A DNA stretch of 19,778 nucleotides from Octopus sinensis. Its lineage: Eukaryota. Shown here in pieces: positions 9,132-18,400 of this stretch (the stretch's first letter is position 1; each line of letters opens with the position of its first letter). The notes under the pieces are model-generated. The model saw nothing but the letters and a program-made list of their open reading frames with translations, was not told the DNA's origin and ran no database searches. The DNA lies in assembly GCF_006345805.1 (NCBI RefSeq), contig NW_021824195.1, positions 1 through 19,778 on the forward strand, in the 5' to 3' direction. A program made the position numbers and the translations under genes.

Positions 9132-9274
9132 TATATTTGCAGAGGCTTGGCAGGCATCCCAGCTAGCGGGGACTCGCTACCCTGGACTGATGTCGGGCAA
9201 GCCCCAGAAACATGCATGTCTTCAGGTTGCTAGTCCTAGCTGGTGGGGGTGCTTGCCTCTCCTTTGCAAATATA
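9132..9274 (+). ncRNA. Type I hammerhead-like motif (9181-9226) at the apex of a ~140-nt imperfect hairpin
   Basis: CCTGGA-CTGATG-TCGGGCAAGCCCCA-GAAACATGCATGTC-TTCAGG. Stem I is CCTGGA/TTCAGG, stem III is the palindrome ACATGCATGT, and the cleavage triplet is GUC (cut after 9220). Conserved A9 is absent. Outer arms pair: 9132-9141/9265-9274, 9149-9158/9248-9257, 9159-9166/9236-9243. Confidence 0.55.
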
Positions 9275-9744
9275 AGGACACAGGAAATGTGTCAAAGCAG
9301 ACAGGAAGCGTCGATGCTTCTTAGGGCTATATAGCGGTGGTGTAATTCCCTCTACGGGATTGTTACGTTATGTTGACATACAACCAATCTTTCAATTCAT
9401 TTGTTGTAAAATTGATAAACCGTGTTTGTATTTAGGGCATAACATGAGTCTGTTCTGTAAACATATCTTCCAAAACTCTAATATCACTGGGAGAATTTGT
9501 CTAATTAAGAGGTAACCTAGCAAGGAAAATGTTTGGGAGCTTGTAATTTTCTTAGTTTCATAAGGGCTAGATCAGGCGTTGAAGGCATCTGAATAATTCG
9601 AAATTCGAAGATAGGCTGGTCATATTTGTAGCGTGATTCAGGAATCCGTAGTGTCAGTTATGGAGTGCAGGACATACACAATGGCGCCAATCTTGAATAG
9701 GGTCAACGTGGATCATCAATCTGGGGATTTAATCTGCAAGAAAT

Positions 9745-10057
9745 GCCAGCCACGTGGATTAGTGGTTTAGTTAGGGTAATCAGTTTACGAACGACTCCTG
9801 GCGACGCACTTTGTCCTTGTGCAAGACAATTTATTTCACATTGTTCCAGTCGAGTCAGCTGGCAAAAATAAGTCGGACCTGTAGTTGAAAGGGACAGCCT
9901 TGTTACATTGTGTAATTCACGCTTAATCTCCCTACGAACTATTTTAAGGATACGCCTGTCTATGAGTACTCAGCCACTTGCAGGTTAATTTCACGAGCAG
10001 ATTCTTTCGTTCATCGAAACCACAGAAACACTCGTCGTCGTAACCAAAGACGAGTGA
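9745..10057 (+). mobile_element. Old, diverged tRNA-derived SINE with a Meta-like block
   Basis: Degenerate head followed by GTCCTTGTGCAAGACAATTTATTTCACATTGTTCC, matching the central block of SINE E. Boundaries approximate. Confidence 0.55.
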
Positions 10058-10294
10058 GACCATTATGTGGAAATTAACAGGGGATGGCCACTTTGAATAA
10101 TTCTGTTCATTGTACTGGACCATCATGACTGACTTCAGGCAAAGAAACAACTTCTGCCCCCAACAACAACAGCAACAGAAACAACAACATAACATGTAGC
10201 CTACCCCAACCCTTCCTCATGTGGTCATTGGGGAATTCGTTGATGTCGACGCATCTCTCCGACTTCCCATAGCGAATCTGTCAGCTAGCTGCCT

Positions 10295-10305
10295 TAATAA
10301 TAATA

Positions 10306-10362
<57 letters not shown>

Positions 10363-10374
10363 TAATAATAATAA
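10295..10374. repeat. (TAA)n, 5' flank of Dong-like copy 2
   Basis: Directly visible. Confidence 0.95.
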
Positions 10375-10662
10375 CCCCAATAACCCCAGGAAACCCCCAA
10401 ATGGCAGAAATTCAAAAGACAGTGCACATGGGAACTTCTCATATCCTACGCAAAATACTTTCTATGTAATCTCAAGTTTTAAAACAAACATAATTTTCGT
10501 ATGTTTTTTTTTTGACATTCACTAGTACAACACTAAATACAAAACCAAATATATGGCACACTAGGCATAACAACAACACGAACTTCCAAACTGTTGTCTC
10601 TTGAGGTCTCTGAGTGAGACTTGGAGCCAACTTGTACAAATGTAAAGCAAAAGTCAAACATA
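10375..10662 (+). mobile_element. R4/Dong-like LINE 3' fragment (copy 2)
   Basis: PGNPQMAEIQKTVHMGTSHILRKILSM* (stop ends 10469), homologous to the C-termini of copies 1 and 3, followed by a 3' UTR and (TAA)n. Confidence 0.85.
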
Positions 10663-10667
10663 TAATG

Positions 10668-10735
<68 letters not shown>
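10663..10735. repeat. (TAA)n shared between Dong-like copies 2 and 3
   Basis: Directly visible. Confidence 0.95.
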
Positions 10736-12928
10736 CCTCACATCCATAATAACGGAGAGAGAAGTACGCTTTCCTTGACCAAAATTCATCCTTCCACAAG
10801 CTCAAAAAGGTTGTAAAAGAACTCTTATGGGTGCAAAGACAATTGCTCATAAACAGAATGATTGTAGAGAATTGCCGGAGCAAAAAACAAAAACCTGAGT
10901 ATGGCATGGATAGACTACAGGAAAGCGTATGACAGTGTCCCACATAAATGGATACTCAGGCCCTTGAGATATACAAGATCTCTCCTGTCGTCTCAAAATT
11001 CTTAGAGAATAGCATGGACATGTGGAACACACGTCTCTTTCTAAGCCATAGTAATGGGATGAGCCAGTCCAATAGCATCAACATCAAACGAGGCATCTTT
11101 CAAGGTGACTCCCTCTCTCCATTACTTTTTTGCATGGCACTGATCCCACTCTCAAACGAATTGGATAGTACAGATATGGGTACAAAGTTTTTAGTAAGTT
11201 AATAAACCACCTTTTCTATATGGACGACCTCCTAAAGCTGTTTGCCAGGAATGACCAAGAGCTAGAAGGGCTGCTAACAACTGTTAAAGAGTTTAGCAAT
11301 GATATCGGGATGGATTTTGGCCTTGATAAGTGTGCTAAAGCAACTTTTGTAAGAGGCAAGCTCAGGCAAACAGCTTCTGTTAAATTAGATATTGACACTA
11401 CCATCAAGGAACTTGACCCACAGAAAGTTACAAATACTAGGAATCAACGAAGGAGATGGTATACATCATGCTACTATGAAGGAAAAGATAAGAAAGGAAT
11501 ATATATAGGAGAATAAGGCTTGTACTGAAGACTGAACTCAACTCCAAAAATTGCATTGAGGCCATTAACACCCTGGCACTTCCAGTAGTCCAGTACAGTT
11601 TTAACATCATTAACTGGAACCTTACGGAACTCCAACGCTTGGACAGGAAGACAAGAAAGTTACTGACATCCAAGAGCATGCACCACCCTAAGGCAGATGT
11701 AGACCGCTTGTACCTACCTAGAAGCGCGGGGGGAGGGGAGAGGAATGATGCAATTAGAGCTGTGCTATAAGACCTCTACTGTAGGAATGAACAGGTACCT
11801 CTCTAGTACAAAGGACTGGATGCTGCGACTTGTGTGCGAACACGAAAGCAGCAAAAAGCTGCATTCATTGTCAAGGAAGCTTATAAGTTCGAAAGGGAAC
11901 TAGACGTTAACCTTGAATCAGATGAAGAGTCGGAAACCACTGCTACCAAGCAAGCAAAGCGAATCAAGCAGACTGCAAAAAAGAACGGGCAGAATCAAAT
12001 TGAGAGGCGGTGGAGCCAGAAGCCCCTGCATGGACAATATATTCTCCGAAGCCAAAATGCTGATGTAGACCAAGCAACAACCCATCAGTGGCTGAGAAGA
12101 GCTCTGGATTGAAAGCAGAGACTGAAGGCTTCATAATGGCAGCACAAGATCAAAGCTTGTTTTACCAGAAATTACCAGGCTAACGTTCTCCGAAACGGTA
12201 CTGACCCTAAATGCAGATTCTGTGACACATTGACGAAACAATAGACCATCTCGTTTCGGGATGTCCTGTGCTGACACCAAACGAATACAAAAATCGCCAC
12301 GATAGGGTAGGACAGTATATACATTGGAAGATATGTAAACACTACAAATCCGACACTCCTGCTAACTGGTATGAACACCATCCTCAGCCAGTTGTTGAAG
12401 GTAAAGATGTCACCATCCTCTGGGATTTTCCAGTCAACACTGACAGAACGATCAAGGCTAATCGACCAGACATAATTGTGAAAGACAGGGAAGAAAATAC
12501 TGCAGACTAATAGAAGTAAGCGTCCCCACTGATAAAAATGTATCTGTCAAGGAATTTAACAAACTTAGTAAATATAAGGACCTGGAAATCGAAATACAGA
12601 GGATGTGGAATCTTAAAACAAAAACTGTTCCTGTTATTGTAGGTGCCCTAGGTATGATAAAAAAGGGATGTCAGAAACACCTAGACAATATCCCTGGAAA
12701 ACCATGTCTCAAGGAAATCCAAAAGATTGTGCTAACAAGTACTGCCCACATCCTTAGAAAAACCCTATCAATGTAAATGTTTGTGTTTGCATTACATGGA
12801 TATATTCTCTACTTCCCCTCCCTAAGCTTTCAGCTATATTTCAAACAACTTAACCTTCACTTGCCCTAGGGCGCTGGGTGTGCCCCGGCAAGTGATTGCA
12901 TCAAACATGCAGATTAAAAGTAAATGAC
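10736..12928 (+). mobile_element. 5'-truncated R4/Dong-like RLE LINE (copy 3): RT, CCHC finger and restriction-like endonuclease, frameshifted
   Basis: Across frames: QKGCK, AWIDYRKAYDSVPH, GIFQGDSLSPLLF, YMDD(L)LKLFA, FGLDKCAK, HPKADVDRLYLPR, CRFC...ETIDHLVSGC, RHD, ANRPDII...LIEV..P, KYKDL, GALG; stop 12774-12776; (TAA)n tail. This domain order is typical of R4-clade elements. Confidence 0.95.
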
Positions 12929-12950
12929 AATAATAATAATAATAATAATT
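12929..12950. repeat. (TAA)n between the Dong-like copy 3 tail and the Tx1-like tail
   Basis: Directly visible. Confidence 0.9.
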
Positions 12951-13494
12951 AATTCGTTTATTGGCCACAAGGGCTGACAAAAATTAATTAAAACATAAAG
13001 GGATAAAACACAGGACGAAAGTTACAAAGGGTTTTGTCCGTTTGCAAAAAAAAACCTGTAAAAATTCCAGAGATAACAACGAAAATATAACAATTGAAAT
13101 CCCCAATAGGGGGAGGCGCTTCGAAAGGTTACTCCTGGAAAACCCCCCAAAAAGCCACGGGAGCCTGGTCAAATGCGGGGTATAGAGCCCCTTTCTCCTT
13201 TTATAATACTTTTATATACTACAGGTGTATCCTCAGAATTGTTCCACTTATACTGGCCATTCTTGCGACATTTATCCACCTTTCAGTAAACTTGCTATCG
13301 GACAGCAGTTCCCTCTCTACTCTCACCTTCCTTTCCAAGTGAAACTTGAAAAATTTGATGAGACCTTGGCCAAAGAGGAAAGTGTCTGACCTTAGCCCTT
13401 TCAAACGGGTCCACCATACCACCTCTTTCGCTACAGCCACTAGACACAGGAAAACGACCTTTCCCTCCTTGTTAAAGGAGGTCGGCGGAGCAAT
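12951..13494 (-). mobile_element. L1/Tx1-like LINE 3' end
   Basis: Open minus frame 13494-13219: IAPPTSFNKEGKVVFLCLVAVAKEVVWWTRLKGL...FFKFHLERKVRVERELLSDSKFTERW..., resembling L1/Tx1 ORF2 C-termini (AK..VW..R and F..RW). The 3' UTR has AATAAA a few bases before the repeat tail. Confidence 0.65.
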
Positions 13495-13559
13495 ATAATG
13501 ATGATAGTGAAGAGGATAATGATCATGATGGTGATGATGCTGATGATGATGATAATAAT

Positions 13560-13630
<71 letters not shown>

Positions 13631-13652
13631 CAACAATGATAATAATAATAAT
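13495..13652. repeat. (TGA)n grading into (TAA)n/(CAA)n microsatellite
   Basis: Directly visible. Confidence 0.95.
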
Positions 13653-13659
13653 TTAAAAG

Positions 13660-14760
13660 GATTGACGTAACTCTTCGCAAAGGTAAACAGTCAAGACGAA
13701 GAGTGCGGTTCGATTGATATTTTATTAGTTGAACGATATTTCAACAGGAAGTCTCTTTGTCAAGTGCAAAATAAGAAGTGATAAAAATTTGAAGAGCAAC
13801 CAGCGTCCACACGTTGATGGAATGACATCATCAGTTTTAAAGTTCCAGTTTTATAACAGGCGAAAAGAAAAAGACAGAAAAAAAGACAGCAGAAAAAGAG
13901 GAAAGAAAAAAAGAAAAGGAAAAAGAGTATTTAATCAAACAGTTTTGTGTAAATTTGATGATATTCTCCTGTCATCTTCTTCATTCCTCCAGGGAGTGAT
14001 CTTAATAACCCGCAAACATGTCTCCTCGTGCATTTTGAGTATTGAAAGTGAAGTAGATTCAGAATATTTGCTGAGAATTTGCACTTTCAAGTCTTCTTCA
14101 AAATTGCGGCTGCTTGAAACGAAATGTTCGACAAGTTCTGTCAAACTACTGTTATAGTGCCTGACGTTCAATATGTGCACATTAAGTCTTTTGTTTAATT
14201 GATCTGTAGTACAACCAACGTAAATAAAGTTGTATTCCGTGCATTCTGCCGCGTACACCAAATGGGAATCTCTACATGTTCCGCCTTCTGTATAAATCAT
14301 AACATTTCTGTTATGATTCCTGATGGAATTCACTTGACTTATGTTGTTGCACAATGAACAGGGATTACGTTACCTTACATTGGAGTATCTACAGCGTGCA
14401 GTTACTCCAATGTTCGTCTTCTTGGAATCAGAAATAGAGGTCAATAATTCATTATATGCTTATTCCATCTAAAGGCTACAATAGGCGGCTGAGAAAATAT
14501 CTGTTTCAAACGAGGATATTTTTTCGCCACATGCTAGTAAATTTCATGCAACACTTTTCAAATGCCAACTTAATCACTAAAGGAATTCTGTCATCTATTG
14601 TATTGTGTTTACTAAAATTATGCGTGAAAGTTTGACTATATTTTCTAATCTTAGCTATATCATTTGCTATTTCCTTTCATCGTGATTCACTGTAACTGCG
14701 TTTGATATAATGATGTACAAGAGCACTTGCATGCTTCCAGTTAGCCGCTATATCACCATT
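13660..14760 (-). mobile_element. Degenerate Penelope-like element: RT thumb/linker, GIY-YIG endonuclease and 3' tail
   Basis: DDRIPLVI (~14595-14572), YPRLKQIFSQPPIVAFRWNKH (14518-14456), then ORF 14354-13935 with C..C, TC...LVYAAEC...YVGCTTDQLNKRLNVH...HF, which is the GIY-YIG signature of Penelope elements. Confidence 0.85.
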
Positions 14761-15047
14761 CCGTTTTATTATGGAATTAATATTTCACCATAATTGTGGA
14801 TGATTTTGATCAATTGAGATATCTTTTGTCCTTTTATTCGCTCTTTCAAGGCGTAATTTTAGTCCTTGTGCATTCAGAGTACTGAAAGTGAAGCAGATTC
14901 AGAATATTTTCTTCATAGGACGCTTTGTCATTTAAAACTTCTTTAGAAGCCGAAATACACTAACTTTTGTCCATTAGATAACGCCTCCTTTATACGCCAT
15001 TTTAAAAACAATAGAATCGTTATTAGCTAGACGTCGGAATGTATAAT

Positions 15048-15296
15048 CTTTTTACTCTCTTTTACTTGTTTCAGTCATTTGACTGCGGGCATGCTGGAGC
15101 ACCGCCTTTAGTCGACCAAATCGACTCCAGGACATATTCTTTGTAAGCCTGGTACTTATTCTATCGGTCTCTTTTGCCGAACCGCTAAGTTACAGGGACA
15201 TAAACACACCAGCATCGGTTGTCAAGCGAAGTTGGAGGGACAAACACAGACACACAAACATATACACACACATACATACACACACACACACACACG

Positions 15297-15330
<34 letters not shown>

Positions 15331-15499
15331 TATATACGACGGGCTTCTTTCAGTTTCCGTGTACCAAGTCCACTCACAAGGCTTTGGTCGGCCCGAGGCT
15401 ATAGTAGAAGACACTTGCCCAAGGTGCCACGCAGTGGGACTGAACCCAGAACCATGTGGTTCGTAAGCAAGCCACTTACCACACAGCCACTCCTACACC
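15048..15499 (-). mobile_element. Full-length SINE type A with internal (CA)n(TA)n
   Basis: Near-complete reverse complement of 16294-16751. Confidence 0.92.
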
Positions 15500-15837
15500 T
15501 ATATGACGTTGACGTTGGGAATTTGTGAAGTTATACCAGGACTTCTTTCCACTTATCTTAAGACTTTCTCTAATGCCTGCCCGACAAGATTCAAGAAATT
15601 CCAGTATTGCTTGTGAACGTCTATCCTGAATTGGGACTATTTTCAATCCAATTATGCCAGATTCGGCCATCGTCATTCATTATTAATTTTCAGTAATAAG
15701 ATATTGCTGAATGCAAGAAACCGGATCGAAGCGATCAATACTTTAGCCATACCAGTCGTGACTTACAGTTTCAATATCATTAACTGGTCAATTACTGAAA
15801 TATGTAAACTTGACAGAAAAATACGAAAAAGTGTTTG

Positions 15838-16160
15838 ACTGGTACTTATTGTATCGGCCACGATAGGGTGAAAGGCAAAGTCGACGTGAGCAGAATTTGA
15901 ACTCAGAATGTAGTGGCAGACAAAATGCCTATTTCTTTACTACGTACAAGGGGTTAAACACAGAGAGGACAAACAAGGACAGACAAACTGATTAAGTCAT
16001 TTATATCGACCTCAGTCCGTAACTGGTATTTATATAGTCGACCCCGAAAGAATGAAAGGCAAAGTCGACCTCGGCGGAATTTGAACTCAGAACGTACCGG
16101 CAGACGAAATATCGCTAAGCATTTCGCCCGGCGTGCTAAAGATTCCATCAGGTCACCACC
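15838..16160 (-). mobile_element. SINE type C dimer: full head monomer plus a partial second monomer
   Basis: Two tandem units, each with GAAAGGCAAAGTCGAC...GAATTTGAACTCAGAA; tRNA-like head at 16080-16160; junction near 15928. Confidence 0.8.
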
Positions 16161-16196
16161 CTCATCGTCATCATCATTATCAACATGATCATCATA

Positions 16197-16263
<67 letters not shown>
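16161..16263. repeat. (TCA)n then (TAA)n, 5' flank of Dong-like copy 4
   Basis: Directly visible. Confidence 0.9.
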
Positions 16264-16264
<1 letters not shown>

Positions 16265-16486
16265 GAAACAATTACATTAAATACTGAATAGACAGGAGTG
16301 GCTGTGTGGTAAGTAGCTTGGTTACCAACCACATGGTTACGGGTTCAGTCCCACTGCGTGACACCTTGGGCAAGTGTCTTCTACTATAGCCTCGGGCGAC
16401 CAAAGCCTTGTGAGTGGATTTGATAGACAGAAACTGAAAGAAGCCCTCGTATATATATGTATATATATATATATATATAATATATA

Positions 16487-16535
<49 letters not shown>

Positions 16536-17381
16536 TGTGTGGTGTTTGGTGTGTCTGTGTTTGTCCCCCTAGCGTGGTTGACAACCGTGCTGGTGTGTTA
16601 TGTCCCTGTTACTTAGTGGTTGGCAAAAGAGGACCATAGAATAAGTACTGGGCTTACAAAGGAATAAGTCCCGGGGTTGAGTGCTCGATTAAAGGCGGTG
16701 CTCCAGCATTGCCGCAGTCAAATGAATGAAACAAGTAAAAGAGTAAAAGAGTGAAGACAACACAACAGAAAGCAATAAGTGCAGAATTTGTGGACAAAAT
16801 GGTGAAACCGTATGACATATTACCAATCAATAATGTACGCCAGTAGCCCAGAAAGAATATAAGAGACATCATGACAATACAGCAAGGATTGTCCATTGGA
16901 CACTTTGTGACAAGTATGGACTTGACGGAGCAAAATGTGGTACGAACATAAACCTGAAGGCATCATCGAAAATGAAATTGCTAAGATCCTATGAGATTTT
17001 ATGATTCAGTGCGAACATGAGATAGAGAATAAGAAGCCAGGCATAGTTTTAATTGAGAACGAAAACAAACTATGCTGGATCATCAACCAAGAAAGAAAAG
17101 TCGTTAGATATAACAGGTTAGCTTGGGAGGTTAAGCAGTTGTAGTCGATGAAAAAGGTGGTAGGAGTGCCAATAATTGCCGGAGCCCTGGGAACAGTGAG
17201 AAAAAATCTTGAGAAGTACATGGAACAAATATTGCCTCGAATAAGGGAGGTACAGTTGCAGAAAATAGCACTGCTGGGAACCTCTCGAAAACTCGGGAGG
17301 TACTCGTAAAGTACATTAGTTCACTACTAGTGAACTGCTGGCACCGTAGTACATCTCCAGTGTTAGAAGCTGTGCAAAGAC
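16264..17381 (+). mobile_element. R4/Dong-like LINE 3' part (copy 4, different subfamily) interrupted by a SINE
   Basis: RNNYIKY*ID (16264-16293) continues after the SINE as NTTESNKCRICGQNGETV*H...HHDNTARIVHWTLC...WYEHKPE...*DFMIQ...KKPGIVL...GALGTV...LQKIALLGTSR, with in-frame stops and a (TAA)n tail. Confidence 0.88.
16294..16751 (+). mobile_element. Full-length SINE type A nested in Dong-like copy 4
   Basis: A-box-like TGGCTGTGTGG, B-box GGTTCAGTCCC, core, long internal (TA)n, tail AAGTAAAAGAGTAAAAGAG. Confidence 0.92.
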
Positions 17382-17410
17382 AATAAAATAATAATAATAA
17401 TAATATAATA

Positions 17411-17445
<35 letters not shown>

Positions 17446-17491
17446 TTAATAATAATAATAATAATAATAATAAAAATAATGACGATAATAA
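17382..17491. repeat. (TAA)n tail of Dong-like copy 4
   Basis: Directly visible. Confidence 0.95.
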
Positions 17492-17799
17492 TAGAGAAAG
17501 AGCCGGTTTCTAACCCAGATCCAAGGCTTCTTCATTGAAATTTCAACAACATCAACAGGGTATTTTTGTATGTATTTACGTCTGTATATGTGCAGATTTC
17601 AATGCATGTACGTACGCATGCATGTCTGTACGTACGTACACATGCATGTACGTATAATATGGCATTTGTCAAAACTTTTCCTTCCTCTTGTTATCTTTTA
17701 GGGGTCTTGCTGCGTAACTTCAACCCCCCCCCACACACACACCACATAAATAGATGTTTAGACAGGTAGATCAATGGATGCACATCAACAGATTTCGCA

Positions 17800-18264
17800 G
17801 TCACATATGTGTATGCATATACATAATTGTATACATGCTTTTGTATCTAAGAAGCATGACATAACATACATACATAATATATATATATAATATCTATATA
17901 TATAATATATATATATATAATGTTATATATACACACAAATATTTACATATATAATATATATATAGGTATATAGATATTTAATATATTTATGTATATATAT
18001 ATACATTATATACATATATAATATATATATCTATATATATACTATATATATATATATTCATGCTTCTTAGAAACAAATACATGTATATCCATAATATATT
18101 ATATAATGTATATATATATATATATAGATATATATATATATATATAATATACATTCATGCTTCTTAGATACAAATACATGTATAATCCATACTATATATA
18201 TTATATATATGTATATATATATAAATACATATATATATATATATTATATATATATTACATATAT

Positions 18265-18304
<40 letters not shown>

Positions 18305-18400
18305 TTTATGCATATATGTGTTGTCCCCATGTGTGTGCACATATATGAATGTATATATATATATATATATATGCCTATGTATATACATATACATACATGC
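17800..18400. repeat. Imperfect (TA)n field containing three copies of a 29-bp motif
   Basis: TCATGCTTCTTAGA(T/A)ACAAATACATGTAT at 18058 and 18155, with an inverted copy at 17831-17859. Confidence 0.85.

Noticed and set aside
9181-9226. CTGAAGA on the minus strand of the hammerhead motif (possible second-polarity, viroid-like ribozyme)
   Set aside because: No GAAA or stem II follows on that strand; it arises from the GUC/stem I sequence of the plus-strand motif.
9380-9560. Minus-strand stretch ...ILEFWKICLQNRLMLCPKYKHGL, vaguely like a GIY-YIG C-terminus next to the hammerhead
   Set aside because: No diagnostic motifs, and it is on the opposite strand to the ribozyme motif.
13664-13705. 8-bp inverted repeat ACTCTTCG/CGAAGAGT in the Penelope tail, checked as a hammerhead
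   Set aside because: No CUGANGA plus GAAA arrangement on either strand.
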